Shown: in pieces, positions 14,000-27,147 of the stretch
Layout: each line of letters begins with the position of its first letter
Numbering within the stretch: the first letter of the stretch is position 1
Origin: Dicyema japonicum
Lineage: Eukaryota; Animalia; Dicyemida
DNA length: 64,000 nt
Assembly: GCA_011109175.1 (NCBI GenBank)
Contig: RDEW01000008.1
Span: 326,588 to 390,587 of the forward strand
Reading direction: 5' to 3'
Position numbers and translations under genes: made by a program
The notes under the pieces: model-generated
What the model was told of the DNA's origin: nothing
The model's database searches: none
Seen by the model: only the letters and a program-made list of their open reading frames with translations

Positions 14000-15940
14000 T
14001 AATAAATAATACATTTGTTCAGCACGTAAGAGCTGTAACGGCTTTTTTCGGTACTGATTGACATCCGATTTTCATTAAACCACTTGAGTAGTCAATCCAT
14101 GTTGTATTCTTTCCGCCGCTGTTTGGATGTTCTGATCCTGTGAAGCTAAGACGATATCGTCTGCATAAGTCAGAAGCAGTTCGTCTTTTCAATTCTGGGT
14201 CGGAATATCATCCGTAAATAAGTTAAATAGGAATGGTGATAACGGCGAACCTTGTGGTATTCCATTTTGGAATAAACGGGAGACAGAATGAATGTTTCCA
14301 ATACACACTCTACCTCTCCTACGCTAAGGAAGTTAGTCAGCCAGCGATTCAGGTTTTCAGGGATATCTGATTGGTAGATTTTCCATGTTAGATTCTTCTT
14401 TAGTATAGAGTCGAAAGCTTTGTGGACGTCTAGTGAGCATAACACAGTTTTTTGGTGACTTTGCTTGCACAGAAATCCAGAGCGAATAAAGTTAGTCAGG
14501 GATATGAGGAAGTTTGTTGTGGACCGATCCTTTTTGAAACCATTCTGGAACGGTTTATCGGAGTCCTTTCAGTGATTTTTGCGAGGATGAGCTTTTCCAG
14601 AATTTTTGACATGGAGCATAAGAGAGAAATAGGCCTGAAGGAAGCTGGGTCTTCTTTCGGTTTTCCAGGCTTCAATACTGGGCGAATGTCCGCAAGTTTC
14701 CATATCGTTGGGATTGAGTTATAATTAATCGACCAGTTGTAGATTTTGGTCAGGGTACTGATTCCCTCATTGCCTAGGTTTTTCAGGAGGGAATTCCGTC
14801 TGAACCATGAGAATGTGTTACTTTTGTTTGGCTTAGAGATGCCATTACCTCCTTTTTCGTGAAATAAGTTAATTGATCCTTTTTCGGTTTTTTTAGCAGC
14901 GGTTTGGATGGGTCAGTCCTNGGATTGAGTTATAATTAATCGACCAGTTGTAGATTTTGGTCAGGGTACTGATTCCCTCATTGCCTAGGTTTTTCAGGAG
15001 GGAATTCTGTCTGAACCATGAGAATGTGTTACTTTTGTTTGGCTTAGAGATGCCATTACCTCCTTTTTCGTGAAATAAGTTAATTGATCCTTTTTCGGTT
15101 TTTTTAGCAGCGGTTTGGATGGGTCAGTCCTCATGTCGTTTTTGTGAGAGATTTTCGCGTAGTATTTTATTAGGGCATTTAGGTCCTTTTGGCTGAATTC
15201 GTAATTTCCGGGTGTCCTCTCATCCACCTTCGAGATGTCGTTTTTGTGAGAGATTTTCGCGTAGTATTTTATTAGGGCATTTAGGTCATTTTTGCTAAAT
15301 TCGTCTTTTCCGGGTGTCCTCTCATCCACCTTCGAGATATTTCGAATAGTTTTTCAGATTTCGGATGTTGACCGGTTATTTAATGACGTAAGGACCATCT
15401 TCCATTTAGCTCTCGGTATTTTGAATTCATTGGCTTTTATTTTCTCGTTCAGCACTTTTAGACGGATCCCTGCTTTTTTGAAACGGTTTCGTTCCATGAC
15501 TAAAGCCTTCCTTCCGTACTCTCTCGTGTAAACGATATATCTTTTAGGGACAGCCATTGCTCATGCTTCCAGGATGACTTTGTTGACGTAGGCAACCACT
15601 ATATCAAGGGAGATAAAGTTTTCAAGTGGTATATTAGCAAAATGTTGGTCCGTAGCTGAACGGAATAATTGTCAATTTGCAAGATTGTATATGCAGGTTT
15701 CTTCCTTCCACAAGTAATTTCGCTTTTGATTTTTATCAGAATAGGGTTATGATCATTTCGTGTGTCGTAGGCCAATTAATCGTTGTTGAAAGCTGTGGTG
15801 AACAGAGTGTGATATCTGGGCAGGTTGGATTGTCAGAGTTCTTTTGAGGTTTTCTTGTAATTTTTGATGGGTTATTGATTGCCATACTGCGTCAACAGCA
15901 AATTTCCTGTTGTATCTGCAGACTGATTTAACATCCAAAA
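14000..15940 (-). mobile_element. I/Jockey-group LINE RT fragment
   Basis: KPGKPKEDPASFRPISLLCSMSKILEK, LCSLDVHKAFDSI, G.PQGSPLSP and YADD on the minus strand, with internal duplications. Confidence 0.85.
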
Positions 15941-16022
15941 GAAAAAAGATTTAATTGTTTATCATAAATTGTTTGAATAATTGAATTATAAATAAATAAA
16001 TTTAAATTAAGTCATATTTTAT

Positions 16023-19000
16023 ATGGAAAATCAACTTGATGAAATTCAGACAGAGTTTATCAGAGTATTATATAAATATTTTATCTGCAAGAATGTATTT
16101 GAACGACATAAAGACAAGATGGACATCTTTAGTGAAGTTAAGAGACTTTATACAAATCTTGAGGATAAACTCCCTACAAAATCTTCAATAAAAATTATTC
16201 CCAACACTGTGAAAACTGATGAAATTATACAAATTCAATTAATGGCGAATCCATATGAAGTTTCCTTAGATTTTAGGTCTCCAATCCTTGAAAAAATTCC
16301 TTTTAAGACAGTTATTGATTTAATTAATTCAGGAAATATTTGATTTCCGAAAAACAAGACATATTGATTGTAGAACAGGCATGCACAGGGAAGGAAAGGC
16401 TACTACTAAACATTTACGATCTAAATTTGTTCAGAGACCTCACTTTAACGACTGCTCTATTTATGACTGTGATAATAATTTTGATGTTGCCGGTGCTTAT
16501 GTTCATGGATTTTTATAGACTTTTTGGCAACACATACAGATAATCCTGATGTTACAAAAAAGCTCGAGTCTCTGTCCACAACTTTCCTTGATCTTGAAAA
16601 TGTTTCTAATTGGGCCACAACCAATGAGGAAATCGAAGGTATAGCAGGTCAGTGTCCATTTGATTTAAGGTGTTCTACCGTTGAGGTAATTATAATTAAA
16701 CATATATAGTCAGAACAGTTGGATACTCATTTTCGTGAACTTGAGAATGAGTTTGACAATTTTATGAAAGTAAGGAAAGCTTGTAATTTTAGGGTTTGGC
16801 TTATGAGGATTCCTTAAATACAATGGAAGTGTCTTTAAATTCAGTATTATTTAAAATAAATTAAGAGCTCATTCATTCATGACGATTCATTTCAATTTTC
16901 ACTATCTGAGGAACATCCTACTAAAGCAACTTCCAAATATGAGTACGCATCACTTGTTGATATTTCTGTTGATTGTAACGAGTTTAGCCATATTCGTGAC
17001 AAAATGGCCCACATTGTAGGGTTCATTAATATTCTTTAGTGGCCTTTTGAGTTGGATTTATTTCAGAAACATGCTATTGCACTAATCGAGAATAGACAGA
17101 GTGTGTTAGTCTCTGCTCATACTTCTGCTGGAAAGACGGTTGTTTCTGAGTATGCGATTGCATTGGCCTTTAAGCATATGACTCGGTTTTTATTTTTACG
17201 TTATCTTAGTGTTGTTTACACATCACCTGTGAAAGCTCTGAGTAATCAGAAATTCAGACAGTTCAAACATACTTTTAATGATGTTGGAATCATAACGGGG
17301 GATGTACAGGTGAACAGAAGTGCTAGCTGTGTGGTAATGACTACTGAAATTCTCCGTTCTTTGCTATTCAATGGAGACAGGATGGTTCATAATTTAGAAT
17401 ATGTTGTATTCGACGAAGTCCACTACATAAACGATTCTCAGAGAGGTGTTGTTTGGGAGGAAGTTCTTATTTTGCTTCCAAATTACGTTGTAGTTGTTAT
17501 TCTTTCAGCTTCTGTCCCCAATGCCATGGACTTTGCAGAATGTGTCGGGTTAGAGCTATGCTAATGCGATTAGGTCAATAAAAGCTCGTAAAGTATTCGT
17601 GGTTGGAACTCTGAATAGACCTGTGCCATTGAAACCATACATTTATGTACCCCACCAATAGTACAACAAGTATTTTGTGTCATTTTAAACGAAAAAGGAA
17701 TCAGTTTTTGATAACAGAAGGTAGATTAGGGGTAATTATTGAGATTCTGTGAGGTTGCAAAAATCCTTAATAAAGAAGGGACAATCAATCATAATTGGGT
17801 TCACATAATAAATATTATTTCCCGCATGAACGATACTCCAATTGTCATTTTCTGCTTTTCAAAAAAACGTATAAGAACCATTTCCACTAAATTGATTGGG
17901 AAAGTATCCCTGACGACTGAGGGGGAGGCCCACAAAATACATGTCTTTTTAAACAAGACGTTACAACGACTTTCCAAATGTGACAGAGAATTGCCGCAAA
18001 TTTACTACATGAGGGAAACTCTAAGTTGTAGAATAGGGGTCCACCACAGTGGAATCTTACCTATAATGAAAAAATGTGTTGAAATGCTATTTGAAGTCGG
18101 TCTTGTTAAAGTTTTACTTATTTTCACAATCTTAGGTACTCTTTGCCACTCATACCTTCTCAATGGGCGTAAATATGCCAGCCAAGGCTGTCTTTTTCGA
18201 AAATATATTTAAATTTGAGGGAAAGGGAATGAGAATGCTCCTTCCTGGAGAATATTTGCAAATGGCTGGAAGAGCGGGAAGGAGGGGAATGGACACTGTT
18301 GGGAAGGTTATAATCAGTATGAAGCCCCCAATTCCAGACGAACTGGCTATACGGGATCTCATCACTGGTTCTGCCTGTCCTCTTCAATCAAGATTCAGGT
18401 TGTTTTTGACTTATTTCAAGACTCACTTACGGAACACTACTTAATTTACTTAAAACGGGAAACATGGACGTGGAAGATGTGATACGATTGAGTTTCTCAG
18501 ATTTTGGTGTACGTACATGTCTTGTAAAACAGGGAAAACAAATAAAATTATTGGAAGGGAATAATTCCAACACAAAGGGGGTAATTAACTGTCGTACATG
18601 TATGCGAGATATTAGAGAATTCAAGCTCAATTTTGATGACTTTTCTACAGAATTGGATATTTTGATTGTTTTATCTTTTTTTATTTTAGACTTGCGCTCT
18701 ATCAGCTGCCTATGTGTTTGTCCCCGGAAGAGTCATTGTTGTACGTGTTCGGAGTAAAAACTGTCTCGGAATTATCCTTAATAAACCTATATATAAAAAT
18801 ATTGGCAGCTATCAGGTCACATGCATTGTATTTCCACCACCAAACGACAAGCTTACTTCTCCTCCAATGTTTAATGGCTATGTGAGATATTTTACAAGTA
18901 ATTCTCTTATTGCAATGTCGTATATTGATGTTGAGAACATTATTTGGATTAGTGACTGTGTTATTGATATAAACGGTAATGTAATTATGAAGAATTTCCG

Positions 19001-19791
19001 TAAAAGGTTAAAGTGTGGTTATTTTAGAGGATCAAGCTCTCCTGAGGTTATGGAAATTAGGGATAGTTTGTACAAATATGCAGAGAATTGTGGGTTTTAT
19101 ATTCCATTTTTGAATAAACTCAAGCGTGACAACATGTTGAAAAGGAATATTCAGAGCATAAAGAGGATATTGACTGAATTTAATAAATTTAAATGTTCAG
19201 AATGTATTCATTTTGGGAGTCATGTATTATTATATTTGTTATACAGTTTAAATCAATCATTAAGGTTATGAAGAATGAGGAAGAATTAGAGAAGGTTAAG
19301 GGGGAGTACAAACAACAGGAAGAATCACTATATTCTGAGTACAACTGCAGATTAAATGTACTTTGTTTTATCAGTTTAGGTTCTCAAGTCTTTGAATTAT
19401 GTTAGTCAAACTGGAGTTGTTGAGTTGAAGGGGAATTTTGCTAGAATTCTCAATCACATGGAGTTATTTTTGACAGAATTGGCTGTTCATGGTGTACTCT
19501 CTTTACTAGAACCCCCCGATTTAGTGGCTGTCATGTCGGTGGTTATATATGAAGGTAAAATTAAACGAGCCCCAGGAATATTTTCTATGAAATTCGAACA
19601 AGTTGTTTTATTTGTAAATTGTAGGCTTTGGTAAAAATGTATGAATTGGCTGATAAAATTGATGTTTTGCAGAATAATGTTATTGACCAATTTGAATTTA
19701 TTTCCCCCAAACTTAATGATGGCTTGGCTGCTGTTACTTATAGCTGGGCCTTGGGTGTGGTACTCATCATCTTTATTCTTTTAGCCATTTT
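16023..19791 (+). CDS. SKIV2L: SKI2/SKIV2L DExH RNA helicase, about 16 tiny introns, 3' end missing, one broken exon
   Basis: [87 protein letters not shown], and the DSHCT start (SWALGV|PF). Ends at an n at 19792 followed by a LINE. In-frame TAG 17659 and TAA 17686; possibly a pseudogene. Confidence 0.9.
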
Positions 19792-19799
19792 NGTCCAAG

Positions 19800-21265
19800 G
19801 TGGATCACAGCCAAAAGGACTTAAACAACAATAATAAAATACTATGTGAAAATATCCTATAAAGACCATAAGAAGTCGGATGTATCCTCGAAATATCTCA
19901 GTAAACCGAAAAGGGAACAAGATATGATTCACTTCACTGAAAATGACGTGAGAAATGTATTGAAAACCATTAAAACAACCTAGCGGACCGGATAAGATCA
20001 CAATGATCCTCTTGAAGAATATGGAAGACCTTGGAATCGCTGCATTAACGAGGATATTCAACCACTCCATTAACAAAAATTCAATTCCAGCCTATGGAAG
20101 CTTACCCACCTACGTCCAATTTTAAAACCCGTAAAGTGAAGAAGGACCAGGCTTCATACAGACCGGTCGCGTTATTGTGTCCGGTGTCGAAACTTCTGGA
20201 AAAGCTGGTTCTTGCGAAAATCAAAAATTTTATCATGGATTTGTCATTTCAATATGATTTTAGAGAGGAGAGGTCTATTTCGACCCATTTATCTCCATTG
20301 ACTAACTTTATACGATATGATTTTTCGCACTGGCCGGGACACATGAAGACTGTACTTTGCTCCATAGACATCCACAAAGCTTTTGACTTAAGACTGTACT
20401 TTGCTCCATAGACTAACTTCCTTAGTGGTCGGAGGAAACGCGTCTGCATTTGCCATTCAAGGTCTATTTAACGGCTTCTTCCTAATGGTGTTCCCCAAGG
20501 ATCCCCTTTGTCCCCAGTATTATTCAATCTATTCATGGCGGACCTCCCCACATCGGACACCGAAAATGATATTATTCTTACTTATGCCGACGACATTGTA
20601 ATTAGTCACGTGATCAGGACATCCATATCGCCACTTCGAGATTGCAGCAAAATCTGGACCGTCTTAACGAATGGTTATCAAAGAATCGCCTAACTGCCAG
20701 CAGTGAGAAGTCCGTCACAAACCTATTTACATCAGACAAGAGACTGGGAAGACGGACAGTCTATCTGAAGACAAACAATGTAGTTAACCCTTTTAGAAAA
20801 TCTCAAAAGATCCTTGGGGTGACTTTTTACATGCACATGTCATTCTCGTCCCATGTTGAAAAGAAAACAAATGTCTTATAATGTCTCACTTGCTTATGGA
20901 AGTACGGAAATCATCCTATTTTAAGTGCTATATACAAACAATACATTGAACCATCGTATCTTTTAAGCATGTAATATCTGGGACTCATTCATCTCTTGGA
21001 CAAATGTCTTGAAGATCGAGGCTAGCCGAAAAAGAGCCTCCAAAATCACGGAACGCTGGATTTCTGGAGAGTTCCAGCCACCAATGCCTCTTGAAGCCTT
21101 GATACGAATGAACCATGGAACGCGTCGTCGTGACGCCGATGATCCAGTCACTCGACTGATACGTGGTTGAGGAAGGAGCATCGTGCCAAGATTAGGTCCC
21201 TGCTAGAGCGTGCTGGGATCACGTGATTAGTTAATTTGTGTAACCGTTGTCTCTGTTATTATTAT
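19800..21265 (+). mobile_element. I/Jockey-group LINE RT and 3' end, degenerate
   Basis: ASYRPVALLCPVSKLLEK, LCSIDIHKAFD, GVPQGSPLSPVLFN and YADDIV, ending LLERAGIT*. Confidence 0.85.
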
Positions 21266-21274
21266 AAGCCTTCT

Positions 21275-21620
21275 TGACTGAACGTAACGTCTAATGACAT
21301 CTGATCTGACACAGAAAGATGGACTTTTCAGCGAAGATCAATTCTCGTCAACTGGATCCCACCCGTGAGGTGACGGTACACACAGGGATTTTCATACTTT
21401 TTTTCTGACCAACTCCACTAGTGAAGATTACCATTATGAAATCTTCGCCCAAGAATGAAATGATATCCTCGACGGTAGCATGTGTGATGAAAATGGAAGA
21501 GAGTCGACCTACTTCTCCACCTCTCATCTGAAGCCTGTAACGGACTATTGGAGGATGGATTTAGTCGGCACAAGCAGACGTTCTTCTGTGGGTTCTTGGA
21601 TTAATTAGTTATGACTGTGC
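21275..21620 (+). mobile_element. tRNA-derived SINE-like element
   Basis: The 5' part matches the tRNA-like head at 33446-33500 without its B box. Contains CGTCA..TGGATCCCAC..TGACG (21346-21375). The 3' half is homologous to 48255-48480 on the minus strand. Confidence 0.5.
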
Positions 21621-21624
21621 TGGG

Positions 21625-23450
21625 TTTACTAAAAATTGTCAAGGGTAGCCTACTTCGATTTTTCCATTATTAGTTGGGGTGGATTATCAGGATAATACCC
21701 ACGTGGATGAGACCACCATTAGGATTAATTAACCATATTTTGATAATTAGNTGGGTTTACTAAAGATTGTCAAGGGTAGCCTACTTCGATTTTTCCATTA
21801 TTAGTTGGGGTGGATTATGAGGATAATACCCAAGTGGATGAGACCACCATAATGATTAATTAACCATATTTTGATAATTAGTAAACAGATTGTCATGGTG
21901 CTCAAGAGTAGTTTATAAATATACTAGGATGTACCGTGGTAAAGAGTTAATAATTAGCATGTATTCATTTCTCACATTCGAAGTGAGACCCATATAACCA
22001 TTGTGGGAACCCTTCTATTCGAATGGAGAGATGCATCCTTTTTAGTTTTTGCCCCACCTTCAGTAATGTGGGAATCCAACTGATATCAAGCGTCCAGCTG
22101 ATAGTATTGGGTATTCCCACACGTATCTTAATGTCATTGGTGATCCTAGTCCGAAGAGGATTTGATTGATGATATCCCAAGCTGGTCAGGTGAGGACAAC
22201 CAAAACTATGATCCTCCCAAGGTGATTTGCATAATTCTGAAATCTCTAAAGTTGTTTCTAAATTGGCGAAGGGAGGTTGTCATGAATCGTTTTTGTCATG
22301 GTGGACTTTGGTGGGGAATTTTCTTTAGCCATTACCTGATGTCCATGGCTTTAGAAACAATATGTCTTAGATTTTTTGTCGTTGCAGGGATGCATAGGAT
22401 TTGTTAGGTCGTTCAGGAATTGTAGGTTTCGTGTACAAAGGTGATTTCAATGAAAAGTACAAGAATCCCAATATAGATGCTATATATGTGTGCGCAGGTT
22501 GCAGCTAGTAATTGATCACAAGCCCACATTCTGAGTTTTATAAAGTTTTTGTAGATTTGAATGTGAAACACAGATAGACCAGGTGGAATTAATTCAGACT
22601 AGTTCTTACAAAGTGTTTGAATATAAGTTTAAGAATGTTTCTTCGTGTCCAATTTTGACTCCAGAAACAGTAGCGTTAAGTTTTCGTATGACCTTCAGGG
22701 TGACATGACCACGTGCAAAGAGTTCGACGGGGATAAAGTAAGTTGAGTATCAGGTATCGGTGTTGTTAGAATATCGAGATGTAACTTTTTCAAGGCTTCA
22801 TCAATATTATTGTGTGTTTGAAACAATTATTAAATCATATACGTAATAGAGTGAGCTCTCAAGAATATTACTCAAGTGAAAGTTAAACTGGGCGAGGGCA
22901 GAGCCTGTGGAACCTGTTTGGTTTGGCATGGTATATATTTGAAATCACAAGATTCGACTCTTTCCACCAGACAGACCTTAGCTAAAATTGGATGAAATAA
23001 TCTTGTTATAAAGCACGTGTCGTAAAGTTCTATTAAAAGCTTTGCTTAAGTTGATAGAGGCAAGGACAGTACGAAGAGGTGGTTTATGGTTAGTGAATCC
23101 ATTGGGGAAATAATCAGATTGTTAGGTGGTAGTGAATTGTTGTGTACGGAAACCGATTTTGATAGATAAATTGGTGTTTCGCTGTGGAAAGTTTTTTTAA
23201 TGGACAAGGCAGCAAAAATATTATTTTCAATGATTTTGGAAGCAGANAGGACAGTACGAAGAGGTGGTTTATGGTTAGTGAATCCATCGGGGATATAATC
23301 AGATTGTTAGGTGGTAGTGTACGGAAACCGATTTTGATAGATAAATTGGTGTTTTGCTGTGGAAAGTTTTTTTAATGGACAAGGCAGCAAAAATATTATT
23401 TTCAATGATTTTGGAAGCAGATGGAATCTTCATTCCTTTATCCTCACATG
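21625..23450 (-). mobile_element. Degenerate I/Jockey-group LINE
   Basis: Minus strand GFTNHKPPLRTVLASINLSKAFN and VPQALPSPS (RT domains), heavily decayed. Confidence 0.6.
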
Positions 23451-24011
23451 AACTTTAATCCAAGACTATCTTCACAAGTCTGGTAGTTAAGGAGATACCT
23501 CGAAGAATACCGGGAAACAAGTTAAAGACTTTGTATCATCTGAAAATTCATTCAATAATTATTACAAGTGGAATTGTACGAATACGTCATAACATTCTTT
23601 ACATTTTTGAAAAACTGTTTCCATAACTTGAATCGTGTCAAAAGTGCTGAAGAGTCTTGTTATGAGTCATCTCTTCTGCTCTGTCAATGTCTACGTAAAT
23701 TTAGAGGAGGACGATCTACCATTGAAATCTGTTTCCCAATCGTAAATGGATTCAATGAGATGGCTCTAAAATCAATTGACATCCAAAAGAGCTTCGACTC
23801 TGTCACATGTATCTGCCACTATGTTGTTTGTATCGACATTAAATGGTGAACCTTAGTTATTCCTTGGAGATATCCGCATTCCATCTACGAGATAATGGAT
23901 CATTTTCTACACGATGACATTTACTCATAATACTGATCAACTTATAACCATAGAACTTTGAAAGTCAATGGTTTACATATTATTGCACAAAAGAGCTCAC
24001 GTGACCTTGAT

Positions 24012-24420
24012 TTAATTAATTTTATTAAATTTCATTGATAAACAAAATAGACAAAAAGGTCTTACAGCGGCCGCCCTGACTGGGGGACTATTCCCTCTTA
24101 AAGCAGCGAGCGAGATTTGTTCAAATAACCAGCAGCGCTCACTGGGATCTCCTGTTTGTGCAGAAATCCGATTCCCTAGACGTCTCAAGAATTCCAATGT
24201 TGCTGGAGCTGACGTCTCAACGGCGGACAAACGAACAAAAAAACTTTCTCAGCGACAGAACTGGTTCCATAAGAACTCTAATGTTGAATTTAAGGGGCAA
24301 ATGTGTCGGTGCAGGTGAATTCCCAGACAAGAGGTTTCCCGGTTTCGAAGGGGAAGATGGTCATCCTATCATGTCGTTTCCCGTCACGTCTGCATATAGG
24401 TTATTAAAAGGTTTCTTGTG
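24012..24420 (-). mobile_element. CRE-like retrotransposon 3' end (RLE domain)
   Basis: MTIFPFETGKPLVW and AVETSA..LEFLRRLGNRISAQTGDPSERCWLFEQISLAALRGN. Same family as the 54100-54900 segment. Confidence 0.8.
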
Positions 24421-24709
24421 ACCTTGAAAATAATTTTCGACTTGACAATGGTCAGAGGGCTAGGAATTCGCAGCTCAATAGACTTATCTCTCGTCTCTAA
24501 TGGCTAATACCCGAGGATTCTACACTCCCTTCCATAATTATCTACTGACCAGANTCAGAGGGCTAGGAATTCGCAGCTCAAAAGGCTTATCTCTCGTCTC
24601 TAATGGCTAATACCCGAGGATTCTACACTCCCTTCCATAATTATCTACTGACCAGACAAACAAGAATTTTTCTTACCCAGAAAAAGAAATATTAGTACCA
24701 AATTTAGAA

Positions 24710-26167
24710 TTATTGAGTGACATCTCTAACAGCTTTGACAAAATAGTCAATGTTTCCAGTATTAAGTCCAGTAACAGATATACGTCCATCATTGGTCATA
24801 TAAATAGAGTATTTATCCCTCAATATTTCAACCTAAAAGTAATAAATATATTAAACATATTTCTTTTCTATTCCAGTAAAACAGAACATTCCAATCTGTC
24901 GTTCAACATGACTCCAATCTCTACTGGAACCATATTCACCCATTTTACTAACAACCATTTTACGCATCTTCAAAACTCTATTAGCCATTCCTTTAACTTC
25001 CTCACACCTATAATTAAACCAACATTACAAATACCACAAATTCATCAATTCTTGGTTATTTAGTATTTTTGAGGCAATTTTTGCACCATGAATTGGCGGA
25101 AAAGAACATAGACGTCTCCCAATAAACAACAAATTCGACATGACTCCTTCTTTTTCTTCTTCAGAATTACAAACCACTGTAAGTGTCCCAGTCCTTTCTC
25201 CATATAATCCCATATTTTTGGAAAACGACTGGGCAAGCAAAACAGAACATCCTCCCGAATTTGCCTGATTTGTCAAATACCGAACAGCAGCAGCGTCGAA
25301 AGCAAGGTCACCAGTGGCGTACCCTTGATAGGCCATATCGAAGAATAAACAACAATTTTTCTTAGAAAGAACATCCAAAATAGCTTTCCATTGGTCCATC
25401 TATTGGTGAATCATTAAATTAACAGTTGGGTCAACTCCAGTTGGGTTATGAGCGCAAGCATGAAGAAGTACAATAGATCCGTCATCCAATGCCTAGTGTT
25501 ATAATTGATAATACTTGTAAATCAGCCATCATCCCTTCAAAATCAAGATTATTAGTATGACGATCATAGTATCTGTAAGAACTTACCTTCATTCCTACTT
25601 TACTGAAAATTCCACTATGGTTGGCCCAAGAAGGATTTGGTAAAAATATCTCTTTCTTTAAGGGCCAATTCATCATCTAGGAGTCACATAAATATATACC
25701 AAAAATTCAGCCCCCAGTCTGAGAGCACCTGTCCCTGACACAGATTGAAAAGTACAGTTCTACAAAATCAAATAAAACTCGTAGATAATGAAATAAAATA
25801 ATACAAGGTTGTTTCGAATAACATTAGAGTCCTCACCAAAGGCTATAACCGCAGCTTTCTGACGAAAGTCAGGAAATCCAGACAATGGTGGATACTCCTT
25901 GTTGGTGTTTTCTGCCAAAATCATATTCTCAGCCTTAAATGTTATCCCAGTAATCACTTTTTTTACGACATCAAGCACATAAGGTTGTCCATTATCGTCT
26001 CTATAGGCACCAATAGTTAGATTTATTTTATTAGGATTTTGGTCTTTCTTGAATGCATCGCTTAGTCCTAAGATAGCATCGGGGGGCATTGCTACAACGT
26101 TTGACCATTTGCGATTAAAATGATTTATGAATTTGGAATTTTTCCACAATCCGAGATTACGAATCAT
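24710..26167 (-). CDS. GOT2: Mitochondrial aspartate aminotransferase, 8 exons, intact
   Basis: Seven GT-AG introns (24, 45, 23, 22, 24, 27, 24 nt) give an uninterrupted ORF. It has a basic N-terminal presequence, [46 protein letters not shown], the PLP-lysine motif [21 protein letters not shown] and DGRISV. Stop TAA. Confidence 0.96.
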
Positions 26168-26363
26168 TCAATTGAATTCTAATTAATTTAAAATACTATT
26201 TAAATTTAAGATGTTTAAAATAAAATATAATTTTAAAATATTATTTAATAAATTTTGTAGTAAAAAACTTGTTTGCTTGATGATTAATAGGTCACTTATG
26301 TTTAATTAATTCGTTTTAATAGCTAAATAATTTTAGTAATTTACATGTTAACTTAATGTTCTA

Positions 26364-26690
26364 ACGTGGCGCCATGTGGTGCTATGTGACCAGTTTGTCA
26401 AAAATTATTTTCCCTCCTTTAATGGCGTCATTGGATCCATCTTACTGAAGAGACGCCAAATGCATGGCGGGCATCAAGAGGATCAACTATTCTTTCCCCG
26501 GGACAATGTCGTTGTCATTGGATCCATCTTACTGAAGAGACGCCAAATGCATGGCGGGCATCAAGAGGATCAACTATTCTTTCCCCGGGACAATGTCGTT
26601 ACCAGGAGACAAATTCTGGAACGTTGGAACGAGTCAAAATAAAGGAATTAGTTAGTTTGGTTACCTTTGGTCTTTGGAATAATTTTAATT
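26364..26690 (+). mobile_element. SINE-like element (A-box-like head, conserved stem, LINE-type tail)
   Basis: CGTGGCGCCATGTGG head, TGGCGTC..GACGCCA stem (26423-26458) and tail TTAGTT..TGGTCTTTGGAATAATT. Homologous to 32808-33100. Confidence 0.6.
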
Positions 26691-27147
26691 TAATGTTATA
26701 TTGCAATTTTATTGTGGTTTTTAATTTAATGTGGTGTTATAATGGTTCGCAATAAATAATTTGTAATTCCCTAAGTTTCAAAATGATTAATTCATGATTG
26801 CATATTTAATCGACCAGCATTCATATTAAACTAAATATGTATTCTAGATTACGATTTCATTTTTAGTTAAAATAGTCCCATCTTACTTTTAAACCTTAAT
26901 TTCGCATGTCCTGATGTGAAAATTCATTATTTTTATAACGAAAAATGTATTACACGAATGAATGTATGCAAAAATATGCAAAGAAAAACAAGGCCCTCTA
27001 AAATACCTCATAATTTAGCTATTTCTAAACGAGAGACGTTTAAGTAGTATAATAGTCTAATCCACTATAATGGAGTTGGGTAGTCAAGTTAGAAAATTCA
27101 TTAACAAAATAAACCCAACAAAAATATCAACTTTACAGAATCGACAC

